Source of the DNA: Minisyncoccota bacterium
GTDB lineage: Bacteria; Patescibacteriota; Minisyncoccia; Phycocordibacterales; UBA9973
Assembly (NCBI GenBank): GCA_031413715.1
Contig: JANOFO010000010.1
Location: 302 to 64,301 of the forward strand
Reading direction: 5' to 3'
DNA length: 64,000 bases
Shown here: piece by piece, positions 1 to 8,940 of the stretch
Layout: every line of letters begins with the position of its first letter
Numbering within the stretch: the stretch's first letter is position 1
Position numbers and translations under genes: made by a program
Notes under the pieces: model-generated
What the model was told of the DNA's origin: nothing
The model's database searches: none
Seen by the model: only the letters and a program-made list of their open reading frames with translations

Positions 1-2
1 AG

Positions 3-260
3 GCTGCACACTATCTCGCTGGATTCTTTTGGACGTTTATGGTGATGGTGACGTTTGTGGTTATGTTCTCGGGCGTTGCATACGGCGCATGGGAATTTCT
101 CCAGCCGCTTCGCCCGTCCGCTGCCGAATCGGTTTCGGTGCCGCAAAAAAAGGTATTTAGTACGAGTGAATTGCAAAAAATGCTCGAGACACTCGGCAAC
201 CGTGCGCAGCAATATCAAAATGCAAAAATCGCTCCGGTTCCCGTGAAAGATCCATCGTGA
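3..260 (+). CDS. C-terminal part of a gene running off the window start (hydrophobic, membrane-like); no recognisable family
   Basis: Reading frame is open back to position 3 with no upstream stop; first in-frame ATG at 39; higher GC than surrounding sequence. Confidence 0.3.
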   Translation, partial: AAHYLAGFFWTFMVMVTFVVMFSGVAYGAWEFLQPLRPSAAESVSVPQKKVFSTSELQKMLETLGNRAQQYQNAKIAPVPVKDPS

Positions 261-314
261 TCTAGGGTTGGATTGCGAGGTGGGGAGCTGGTAGGATGGG
301 GAAGTGGAAAAAGC

Positions 315-386
315 GCCCTTGTAGTTAAATGGATATAACTGCGGACTTCTAAGCCGTAATTCGAGGTTCGATTCCTCGCGGGGGCA
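315..386 (+). tRNA. tRNA-Arg (anticodon TCT)
   Basis: Cloverleaf built by hand: acceptor gcccttg/cgggggc (two G-U pairs), D-stem gtta/taac, anticodon loop cttctaa with U33 and A37, T-arm cgagg-ttcgatt-cctcg; 72 nt; no encoded CCA. Confidence 0.55.
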
Positions 387-535
387 CAAAAGCGTAAAGT
401 TCAAAAGAGTACTCTGCAGTACTCTTTTGCGCTTTTGTGAACCGGAGCGATATTTTGCGAGCACGCAAAATCGCGAGGTCGGGTCGGGAAAGTTTTGCCT
501 GACGAGGCAAAACTTATCGTAACCAAATTTATTCC

Positions 536-865
536 CTATATACTCGGATCTCTATATGAAGGAGGGTTTGATTTCAATTCACCCTCTGTATTGGCTTTCT
601 GATCGAACAAATCAGTCGTAGTTTTAAAAAGATCTTCTCTAAGCAAATTAGTATTCTCTTCAAAGGCAGGCGTAGCTTGAAATACTTGGTCATTCTTTAT
701 CTCATAGAGAAGATAGAGGCTAAATATTATAAGGATCAAAACAATCACAAAGAAAACCCAGAGGAGCATCTTCCAATGTCTATGAGGATTCGGAAGCATG
801 CGTGGAGATACACTTTTTGTAGGTTTTTTAAATATATTTTTAATTTTATCAGTGAAATTTTTCAT
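536..865 (-). CDS. small membrane protein, possibly pilus-assembly associated
   Basis: Single TM helix; immediately downstream of the PilM/N/O-like genes on the same strand. Confidence 0.3.
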   Translation of the reverse strand: MKNFTDKIKNIFKKPTKSVSPRMLPNPHRHWKMLLWVFFVIVLILIIFSLYLLYEIKNDQVFQATPAFEENTNLLREDLFKTTTDLFDQKANTEGELKSNPPSYRDPSI

Positions 866-868
866 AAT

Positions 869-1423
869 TTATGATGATGTAAGTACACTAAAGGATATAA
901 CCGCCTGCCACGATGTGACTTCGGTTGTCTTGGATACTCCTTTTACGTCTGTACGTACTAACTGCGTCATTTCACTAAGATACGTATTGATTATGTGGAT
1001 CTGGTACGGAGAATTTTCAAGAAGCATGATAGTCCGCATGATGCTTGTAAAAGTTCCATTGGCGGTTATGTCCAACATAAGTCTGTTTGAAGTGTTAGGT
1101 GACAGATTAAATCCTTTGACTTTTATCTGTGCCCCTGTTATTGGTCCTAGTCTTTCCAGATATTCAATAAACGAATCAATTGCGGCGGAGCTTACAAAAT
1201 GACTATCAATGATATCTTTTGTATTTTGTATTTCCGCAATTCTTTTCTCCAAATCAGTCGCATTTTCTTTCTTGGCGATTTTACTTGCAAGTGTCGCAGC
1301 CAGATTAGAGGTGTGTTCGTTTTTATTTTTTATGATATGAAAGAAAAATAAGAGAGTAGCGCATGAAAAGAGCGCGAGGAATATTGAGAGTGAAAATATG
1401 AAGTTGGTGCGACTTTTTTTCAT
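869..1423 (-). CDS. PilO-like type IV pilus assembly protein (N-terminal TM anchor)
   Basis: TM anchor, then coiled-coil and globular domain; adjacent to the pilM-pilN fusion gene. Confidence 0.35.
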   Translation of the reverse strand: MKKSRTNFIFSLSIFLALFSCATLLFFFHIIKNKNEHTSNLAATLASKIAKKENATDLEKRIAEIQNTKDIIDSHFVSSAAIDSFIEYLERLGPITGAQIKVKGFNLSPNTSNRLMLDITANGTFTSIMRTIMLLENSPYQIHIINTYLSEMTQLVRTDVKGVSKTTEVTSWQAVISFSVLTSS

Positions 1424-1424
1424 A

Positions 1425-3050
1425 TTACTTCATGATAATTGAAATAGTAAAAGAAATATTGGATGGCTGTATGAAATTTGAGATTGGAATGATCACAGAG
1501 GCAAAGAGCGGGTTGTTATCAAGACTCGTTTTAAAATTCCTCAACGTAATACGATCGATAGCTGTGCCGTCTATCTTTATCGCGCGTTTACCTTGCGCAT
1601 CTTCATTGTATAGCATCTGCGAAACTGTTATCCCTTTGGGGAGATTGGTGACAAAATTCTTTAGGATAACATCACTCACCGAAGGTGACACTGGTTTTTC
1701 AGAGAGTAGGAGAGCAAGTTTAGAGTTAATGTCCTTTATCGTCTTATCGATATCAGCCGTGGTAATCTCAGGATTAGCAATATTGAAAGCCTCGAGCCTT
1801 TGGGTGGCAATATTTAACTTGGAAATTGAGAAGAAGTAGGACGGGAGGACGAGGAGTATCGCGACTACTGTGGAAAGAGCGAGAAACGAGAAACACATGC
1901 TGGCAAATCGTAGCCAGTATGTGCGACGGAGGTTATTTTTTTCCTTACTCGGGAGAACATTGATCATTGTCTGAGGTTTTTGTATGTAGTCACCGAGCGC
2001 AAGCCCGAGAACAGTCGCGTAGCCGAATGATTGTTCAAAAGACATAGAAGGAACCGAGATCTTCATATCTGAAATATTGACCCATGCATTCGCATTCTCC
2101 ACTTTGAGCATCATACTGGCTGCCAAATAATTAGAAAGGCCGACAAGATTAGCATCACCACCGCAGAGTATAATGCGATCAAGCGTCTCGTGTTTGGTCT
2201 CATCGTCTTCATGCGTCTTCCAGTATACATATTGCTTGTTAAGTTCATCGCGTAAAACTGAAATGCCGTTTAATATCGCCGGAAATATATCGTCTGCGTT
2301 AGAGGTACTCGAGAGACCGTACGAGAACTTCATCTTCTCGGCTTCCTCAAATGATATGGAGAAATTCTTGGCGATCATATTCGTAATAGAGATACCTCCA
2401 ATATCGAGGGTCGTAGTGAAAAATACCCGTCCTTTATGAGCAATCGATGCTCCGGTCCGCGCCTCGCCAAAATCTACAATGAGTATGGCACTTTCATCGC
2501 CTCGAGGTATAACCGCGCGCGCAATAGCCTGAGCCTCAAGCTCAAATGAAAGCGGAATGAGATCTGCTTTTTTAAATACAGACAAATAACTCTCAATTGT
2601 CACAGTCGCGATAGCCAGAACTTCGACGAAAATATTTTCCGCGTTTTCACTGACGATATCATAATCAAAAATAGTATCTGATGCTTTGAGGGGGATATGA
2701 TCTTCGAGCGATAGCTCGATGGCCTCTCGCAGATTTCCACTCGAGATTTTTGGAAGCTTGATTATAAAGAGATACATCTGCTCTTCGGGAAGTGAGACTC
2801 GCACGAAATGCAGACGTTCACGACGAGCAAGATCTTTGAGAATATGTATCAATTTTTCTTCATCCTCAATCTTTCCTGAAACTACTATCCCAGCTGGCAT
2901 GCTTTCGTGGCCAAAACGGCCGAGCCGCAAACCGAACGGCGTAGCTAAAAGCTCGCCATATTTTATCGATTGATCTGAAATATCAAGCGCGCATGAATTC
3001 ATCGCCAAAAATGCTGGCGTAGGAAAATAGCGACTGTACAATTGCTTCAT
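1425..3050 (-). CDS. pilM: type IV pilus assembly protein PilM (actin-like ATPase) fused to a PilN-like TM/coiled-coil C-terminus
   Basis: Actin/FtsA-like motifs (ILIVDFGEARTGASIA, TLDIGGISITN), C-terminal TM helix plus coiled coil typical of PilN. Confidence 0.7.
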   Translation of the reverse strand: MKQLYSRYFPTPAFLAMNSCALDISDQSIKYGELLATPFGLRLGRFGHESMPAGIVVSGKIEDEEKLIHILKDLARRERLHFVRVSLPEEQMYLFIIKLPKISSGNLREAIELSLEDHIPLKASDTIFDYDIVSENAENIFVEVLAIATVTIESYLSVFKKADLIPLSFELEAQAIARAVIPRGDESAILIVDFGEARTGASIAHKGRVFFTTTLDIGGISITNMIAKNFSISFEEAEKMKFSYGLSSTSNADDIFPAILNGISVLRDELNKQYVYWKTHEDDETKHETLDRIILCGGDANLVGLSNYLAASMMLKVENANAWVNISDMKISVPSMSFEQSFGYATVLGLALGDYIQKPQTMINVLPSKEKNNLRRTYWLRFASMCFSFLALSTVVAILLVLPSYFFSISKLNIATQRLEAFNIANPEITTADIDKTIKDINSKLALLLSEKPVSPSVSDVILKNFVTNLPKGITVSQMLYNEDAQGKRAIKIDGTAIDRITLRNFKTSLDNNPLFASVIIPISNFIQPSNISFTISIIMK

Positions 3051-3090
3051 ACTACTCCATTATACGCTACTTATAAATGTTATAAAAGCA

Positions 3091-3687
3091 TTATTTGCGC
3101 TTCGAGATAAGATAGTGGGCAAGTTTAACGAAAAATGGGAGGAAAGAAAACCCAATGATAAGTAAAGCTGTCGGCAAGAGGAATCGATCAGGATTAGGGA
3201 TCATCCCTCCAAGATAATATCCGAGAAGTGGGACAACAATCGCCCAAAGAATCCCACCAGAGACATTGTAAAAGAAGAATTTTTTATAATCCATCCCTGC
3301 TACGCCTGCGACAATAGGAGCAAAGGTTCTCATGATCGGCACAAAACGCGCGGCTATTATAGTTATAGGCCCGCGCTTTTTATAAAAGTTCTCTGCTCTC
3401 TCTAGTCCCTTCTTATTAAAAAATGTCGAGTTTTCTCTCTCAAATAATTTTCTCCCCATTCGCTTTCCTATCCAGTATCCGGTATTGTCTCCAAGTATTG
3501 AACCAAGCGCAACAATAATAATAAGGAGAGGGAGGGAGAAGTACCCTTCTAATGCAAAAATTCCAGCAGCGAAAAGCAATGTATCCCCTGGCAAGAAGAA
3601 CCCGATCAGCAAGCCAGATTCGGCAAAGACAACTAAGAAAATTCCGAGGAGCCCTGCTGTTTTTATAATTAAGGTAGGATCAAGCAT
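3091..3687 (-). CDS. DedA/SNARE-associated family membrane protein
   Basis: LLGIFLVVFAESGLLIGFFLPGDTLLFAAG motif; start taken at the internal Met (MLDPTLII) so it does not overlap the next gene. Confidence 0.7.
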   Translation of the reverse strand: MLDPTLIIKTAGLLGIFLVVFAESGLLIGFFLPGDTLLFAAGIFALEGYFSLPLLIIIVALGSILGDNTGYWIGKRMGRKLFERENSTFFNKKGLERAENFYKKRGPITIIAARFVPIMRTFAPIVAGVAGMDYKKFFFYNVSGGILWAIVVPLLGYYLGGMIPNPDRFLLPTALLIIGFSFLPFFVKLAHYLISKRK

Positions 3688-3688
3688 A

Positions 3689-4042
3689 TTAGCGAACGCG
3701 TGCCCCAGGATTGACCTCCCTTTCCGGCACAAGAAAAACCGGCATACCATCAATTCCATCAACTGCCATGAGCATACCATTTGATTCAACTCCTTTTATT
3801 GTGCGGGGTTCTAAATTCACTATATACAGGACTTGCTTGCCTATTAGTTTTTCATATTCTGGATAAAATTCATGGATGCCTGAAACAATCTGTCGTAATT
3901 TTCTATTCCCTTCTTCATCTTTCTCATCAAAATCTATCTGAAAGCGCAAAAGCTTATCAGTCTCTGGCACAGGTTCGACTTCTTTGATCGTCCCTAGCCT
4001 AATATCCATCTTCTTAAATTCTTCGTATGATACGTACTCCAT
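3689..4042 (-). CDS. tRNA-binding domain protein (CsaA / Myf / EMAP-like OB fold)
   Basis: KVGKIVSVE-like core (LGTIKEVEPVPETDKLLRFQIDF...VSGI), ~117 aa. Confidence 0.65.
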   Translation of the reverse strand: MEYVSYEEFKKMDIRLGTIKEVEPVPETDKLLRFQIDFDEKDEEGNRKLRQIVSGIHEFYPEYEKLIGKQVLYIVNLEPRTIKGVESNGMLMAVDGIDGMPVFLVPEREVNPGARVR

Positions 4043-4049
4043 AAATCTA

Positions 4050-5804
4050 TTATATCACTTCCGCTTGATAACACTTTTCGCAGTAAATTTTCTCAGGTCT
4101 ATCGGGAGTATACGGTGTCTCAAATTCTACTTGGCATTTCCCTTTGTGAGAATGATTAGTAAGATCACACATACAAGACCGCTGCCAAAGCTTCCAGGGC
4201 AATGTCCGCTTTGCTTGGCGTTCTGAATGTCGACAGTTGGGACAAAACGTAGGTAATGCGATGCCAAATCGCTTGTAGAAAACAAGTTCTTCTTTGCTTA
4301 TTTTAAATGCATAGGTACAAACTTCATTACATTCTGACTTATGCGCACAAGGCAAAACTTCATTGATTACCGTATCAGGAATATCATTGATCGCATCAGG
4401 GAGATCACCAAGGGTGAGAGTTGGCTGATGTTCTCGTTTGATAGGATCTCGCCAGCGGAATCCTTGGACTAAAACTTTTTCTTTCTCGATGGGAAAAAAT
4501 TCAAATGCTGCACTTTCATTATAAGCAAAGCGAGACAGATTGATTGGAAAATATTCTCCATATTTATAGACCGCTCCATTCCCTTCTATATAAGGCATCT
4601 CATTCATATGAGTGATAATCCTAGGCAGAAGTGCTTCGTATTCCTCTTTTGTATACTGCTTATTTAAAATGCAGTACTCTTTGTGCTTGATACTGGCACA
4701 ACCAAAGCAATTTTTGATATGACTAGGTCCGTCACAGTATGCAACAGTATCGGTATCACCAAGATTGTACGAAAAGAGGCAATGACTATTCCCTCGTCCG
4801 GCAACTGCAAACTCGTACGAAGATTCAGATCGCCCCGACATAGAGAAGTCATAGACATCAACAAGGTGGTTGGTAGTTATCGCTCCATATTTGAGGTTCT
4901 CACAATCTTGAATCGAGAAAGAATGTCGTACGTTTTTAGAATTAAAAATAGAATCACCCGTACAATTTTCAGACTGGAGGATGTTTGCATATTTATGGAT
5001 TGAATTCTTTATCAAGCTTTCATATTCATCATGGAGAGATTCAGCAAGGGATTGTTTACCGAGGCGATATTCAGTAATTTTTTCTTTGTAGGCTTCGGGA
5101 GTATATTGAGTATTGCGAAAAACATATGATTTATTGCGTAGATTAGAGGACATAAAGCAATTCGTGCAATTACTGCAGTCAAACAAGAATTGGGAATCAA
5201 TACACTGATGAGAGCGAGTCAGGGAGATACAGTTATAATTCCCTTTTGAATCAACAAGATCATAGCAGTTCTCGTCTTCGCGTATATTTGTACAGTCCAT
5301 GCACATTCGGTTGCCATTCTCACCTCCCCAAGAATAAAAAATATCTTCAGACCGAACAATCCCATAGGAAAGATATGTCCGTGAACTGCGATATATATAA
5401 TTAGAAAAAATAACTCCTTCGCCATTGTTGTTTTGATGTTCGAGGTGTATCTGAGGAACAGTCTTTAAAAGATCATAAAATTGCTCAAAGAATGGCCTTG
5501 AGAAATCATAGTCACGTCCACAATCCATCGCATCCCAATCATCAGAGAAATAACATTTCGTACAATACACAATAAAAGGAGAATCGGGGTGATACATAGA
5601 AAACATGGGGTCGCTGCAACGAGAACAATCTCGCTTGTAAAGTGATCGATGGTTAAGAGATGCGAGTCTTCGCCTCAATCGACAGTCTGGGCAGAACGTC
5701 GGAGGAGGAACATTCATTTTCGTATAAAAATCAAAATCTTCGGTTTCAATAATGAAATCTCGTTTACAATTCTGACAATTTTTGGTTTCTGGACTCATAA
5801 TCAT
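4050..5804 (-). CDS. cysteine-rich multi-zinc-ribbon protein, unknown function (paralog A)
   Basis: ~35 Cys, mostly in CxxC pairs; N-terminal CQNCK...FYTKMNVPPPTFCPDCRLRRRL and C-terminal FYKRFGIALPTFCPNCRHSERQ ribbons; clear paralog of 41887..43653. Confidence 0.6.
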   Translation of the reverse strand: MIMSPETKNCQNCKRDFIIETEDFDFYTKMNVPPPTFCPDCRLRRRLASLNHRSLYKRDCSRCSDPMFSMYHPDSPFIVYCTKCYFSDDWDAMDCGRDYDFSRPFFEQFYDLLKTVPQIHLEHQNNNGEGVIFSNYIYRSSRTYLSYGIVRSEDIFYSWGGENGNRMCMDCTNIREDENCYDLVDSKGNYNCISLTRSHQCIDSQFLFDCSNCTNCFMSSNLRNKSYVFRNTQYTPEAYKEKITEYRLGKQSLAESLHDEYESLIKNSIHKYANILQSENCTGDSIFNSKNVRHSFSIQDCENLKYGAITTNHLVDVYDFSMSGRSESSYEFAVAGRGNSHCLFSYNLGDTDTVAYCDGPSHIKNCFGCASIKHKEYCILNKQYTKEEYEALLPRIITHMNEMPYIEGNGAVYKYGEYFPINLSRFAYNESAAFEFFPIEKEKVLVQGFRWRDPIKREHQPTLTLGDLPDAINDIPDTVINEVLPCAHKSECNEVCTYAFKISKEELVFYKRFGIALPTFCPNCRHSERQAKRTLPWKLWQRSCMCDLTNHSHKGKCQVEFETPYTPDRPEKIYCEKCYQAEVI

Positions 5805-5831
5805 TGTAAGCTATCGCTTGGGTTGATTACA

Positions 5832-6254
5832 TTATTTCTGGTTCTTTTTATCCAAATATCTCTGCAAGATTAATGCGGCAGCGGACGCATCGACGGATGT
5901 AGCTTCCTGTTTGCTCACTTTGCGAGCATTGTTCACTTCTTTGCCACTTCTCCCCCGTGCTTCGACTGTCGTCATAAATTCTTTTTGAAAATAAATCGGC
6001 AGATCAAGCTCGGCTTCCAAGTTTCTTTTGAATTCTTCTATACTGCCCATAATCTTGTTTGGAGCACCAGAGAGATCATGAGACTCGCCGAGAACTATAC
6101 CTGCAATATTTTCTTCTCCACATATGTTATGAATAGTATCAACAAGTTCCATATTGTTCGGCACAATTTTATATGGAAAAGCCATCGTTCCTCCGTCGTC
6201 TGAAATCGCAATTCCTACTCTCTTTAAACCGTAATCTATAGCTAAATGCTTCAT
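5832..6254 (-). CDS. yqgF: YqgF/RuvX Holliday-junction-resolvase-like pre-16S rRNA nuclease
   Basis: MKHLAIDYGLKRVGIAISD N-terminus typical of YqgF. Confidence 0.8.
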   Translation of the reverse strand: MKHLAIDYGLKRVGIAISDDGGTMAFPYKIVPNNMELVDTIHNICGEENIAGIVLGESHDLSGAPNKIMGSIEEFKRNLEAELDLPIYFQKEFMTTVEARGRSGKEVNNARKVSKQEATSVDASAAALILQRYLDKKNQK

Positions 6255-6310
6255 CTATTATATAGACTATCATAATTGCGGGAAAAGGGTATTTCTGCTA
6301 TTATCTGCCT

Positions 6311-6538
6311 ATGGAAACATTTGGAGTAAGCAACATATGGGTCGTTGTTGTAGCACTAGCGTGGACGCTGCCATGGAAAGGCTATGCACTCTGGACTGCA
6401 TCAAAACAAGGGCACAAAAGGTGGTTTATCGCGCTCATTGTCTTGAATACTTTTGCACTACTAGATATTTTCTATATATTCTATATTGCCAAGAAGACTC
6501 CAAAAGATATCGGTGTCGCGCTAAAGACAAAAGTTTAA
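6311..6538 (+). CDS. small two-TM membrane protein
   Basis: Two hydrophobic helices; no family recognised. Confidence 0.3.
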   Translation: METFGVSNIWVVVVALAWTLPWKGYALWTASKQGHKRWFIALIVLNTFALLDIFYIFYIAKKTPKDIGVALKTKV

Positions 6539-6549
6539 AAATTAAATAT

Positions 6550-6636
6550 GGAAGCGTGGCGGAGTTGGTCTATCGCACTCGTCTTGAAAACGAGAGTCCC
6601 TTTAAAGGACCGTGAGTTCGAATCTCACCGCTTCCG
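6550..6636 (+). tRNA. tRNA-Ser (anticodon TGA), type II with long variable arm
   Basis: Acceptor ggaagcg/cgcttcc, anticodon stem ctcgt/acgag with loop cttgaaa, variable arm gtcc-ttta-aagg-ac, T-arm gtgag-ttcgaat-ctcac, discriminator G. Confidence 0.85.
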
Positions 6637-8199
6637 CAATACTGGTGAAGAGGTGGCGAAAGCCATCTCTCTTCCTTTATCTGCTTGGGTTTTTAGCAGT
6701 TCGTAATCTTGATTCAGCTTCGGTACCCATTCAACCAATAATTGAGCCGCATCTGTATAGAATCTCCTTATTTCAAGCCTGTTTTGCTGTAAGTTCGTAA
6801 AGATTTGAGAAAAGAGTAATCGCTTCTCATCATTGTTAGCTTTCTCATAAATTTCTCGTGCTTTGTACGCGAGTTCATGCACCGCAACTCCTAACTGTAA
6901 GTATTCATCGTTCTTGTCGCCACAACGAACCAGGGCGCTTTCAAGAGCCTCTTCCTCGGTTATCAAATCTCCAATCTTCCTCTCGAAAAATTCTGCTGGA
7001 GCCTCATGATTTATTTTTGCTTCATAGAGCTTATCCTTTTTGGTGCGAACACCTTGGAGTAGTCCATTGATGCGCTTTACGTCATTTTCGCGTTCAGTAA
7101 TCTGCTCACTGTGCTGACTTCTTAAAATATCTTCGATAGCCGAAAGTACACGCTCATCTTTTGGGGCGATGCTATCGAAAATATCAATGAGCTGTAATTC
7201 AACCCTGTCTTCTCGAATACCTGTCTTTTGAGGGCAGTTCTTGAAGGCGGTACTGTTATTACAGTGCCCGTACCAATTACCTTTCTTTTGATACCACGTA
7301 ACCATCCCACCACATCCCTCACAGAAAATCTTGCTCTTAAATAAAGCGTTGTGCTTTTGATACTTTGGATTCTTCATCTGTCGTCTCAAGACAAGTTGCA
7401 CTTTCTCAAAAACATCCCTAGCGACAAGCGACTCGTGAGTGCCAGGGTACACTTCTCCTAGCCATCGTATTTTGCCGATATAGAAAGGGTCTTGGAGTAA
7501 GTTATAGATTCGAGATTTCAATAGCATTTTGCCGCTCGTATTGCGCAATCCAGCATCGTAAAACTCTTTTTCAAGTCTCTTGAGTGAATAATCTCCCGTT
7601 GCGTACAACTCAAACATTTTCTTTATATGCACGGCAACAGCGTCATTTGGCACGTGGATTTTGTGTCCTTTCTCTCCGTCACACCTGTAACCGATAAGTG
7701 GCTTGGCAGGTAATCCACCTTGTGCGATTTTTTCCTTTTGCCCCTTCTTCACTTCTTCTGAAAGATTTGTGACATATTTTTTTGCTAGGACAATTTCAAT
7801 ATCCCATCTGAATTTCTCATCAGATTTGGCATTTTTATGAATGACAAGATTTTGTTTTACAAAATGGATTTGTCTTTCCTCATTAGCCTCAAGCCAATCG
7901 TTGATAGCTAAAGCGTCTTTAAGGTTTCTGGTAAGACGGTCAACTTTTTCGCAAAGGATATTAGTGACTTTATTTTTCTCCGTGAATTTAATCATCTCAT
8001 CAAATACCTTACGTTGCTTTGCTCCGCTTGCTGATTCTGCCATCGAAAATATCTTTACGACGGTCAACTTCTTTTTATTATCAGCATACTCTTTGAGTAA
8101 TTTTTCCTGTGAATCGAGAGAATACCCAGTTTCTTCCTGTTCTCTTGATGAGACTCGACAGTACAGTACGGCTTTTGGTTTTAGTTGGTTAGTAGTCAT
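6625..8199 (-). CDS. large serine recombinase (integrase); its 3' end overlaps the tRNA-Ser 3' end
   Basis: Resolvase catalytic domain (VLYCRVSSREQ, DRLTRN), recombinase domain, zinc ribbon (CEGCGG...HCNN...CP), C-terminal coiled coil; 524 aa. Confidence 0.85.
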   Translation of the reverse strand: MTTNQLKPKAVLYCRVSSREQEETGYSLDSQEKLLKEYADNKKKLTVVKIFSMAESASGAKQRKVFDEMIKFTEKNKVTNILCEKVDRLTRNLKDALAINDWLEANEERQIHFVKQNLVIHKNAKSDEKFRWDIEIVLAKKYVTNLSEEVKKGQKEKIAQGGLPAKPLIGYRCDGEKGHKIHVPNDAVAVHIKKMFELYATGDYSLKRLEKEFYDAGLRNTSGKMLLKSRIYNLLQDPFYIGKIRWLGEVYPGTHESLVARDVFEKVQLVLRRQMKNPKYQKHNALFKSKIFCEGCGGMVTWYQKKGNWYGHCNNSTAFKNCPQKTGIREDRVELQLIDIFDSIAPKDERVLSAIEDILRSQHSEQITERENDVKRINGLLQGVRTKKDKLYEAKINHEAPAEFFERKIGDLITEEEALESALVRCGDKNDEYLQLGVAVHELAYKAREIYEKANNDEKRLLFSQIFTNLQQNRLEIRRFYTDAAQLLVEWVPKLNQDYELLKTQADKGREMAFATSSPVLRKR

Positions 8200-8216
8200 A
8201 AATTTAATAGGGAATG

Positions 8217-8573
8217 TTATTTCTTGGTGAAGTGTCTTGTAAGAAGCACTGTCACAAGAATCGTTATTGTTAAAATAAGCGCGAACACGATTACATTTCC
8301 ATATTCATTTATGCCTACTTGTGAAGGCGCGTTCTCTGCGGTAGTTGTCGGTTGAATTTTCAAGGCATCAAGCTCACTTCGGATTTCTTGGACTTGTGTT
8401 TTCAGTTCAGTATTTTCTTGCTGGAGATTTGAGCTTGGTTGCTGATTCTGCTGTCTTTGATAGTAAGTCTGTATACACGTTTGAAACGCAGCCTCATCAG
8501 TGGTCTTACAACCTGTTGCGGTATCTTGATATTCTTTTTTGAAGTGAAGTAGGGTTGCCATTGTTGCTGGCAC
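8217..8573 (-). CDS. hypothetical Gln-rich coiled-coil protein with C-terminal TM helix
   Basis: ORF only; compositional features. Confidence 0.3.
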   Translation of the reverse strand: MPATMATLLHFKKEYQDTATGCKTTDEAAFQTCIQTYYQRQQNQQPSSNLQQENTELKTQVQEIRSELDALKIQPTTTAENAPSQVGINEYGNVIVFALILTITILVTVLLTRHFTKK

Positions 8574-8940
8574 CTACAGCTATCCATAATGCAAAAAGGA
8601 GTAGCCGAGGAGCCTGCTACCCACAAGATTGAATTGCACGAGGCAACCAATTGCGGAGGTCTCGACTACTCCTTTTCGCCCACAATTGGGGCTTAAAAAA
8701 GCAGAGACCTCGTGCACTGTTCAAAACTTATGGGTAGCATAGTAAGTATAGCAAGATGGCAGGTTTTGGCAAGTCTACTTTTTCAGATGTGGATAACGCA
8801 TCTCTTTGTAGTAGGCGTTGAAAACTTCCATAACAGTGTTTCGGAATTTCTCTGCGGGGCTGATTTCACTCCTAATTACTTTTTTATTTTTTCGCATAAT
8901 TCTAGTTGGTTAAAAATAATAATTACTATAGGGGGCAATT

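Noticed and set aside
1432-1839. 135-aa plus-strand ORF inside pilM-pilN
   Set aside because: It is antisense to a gene with clear PilM motifs.
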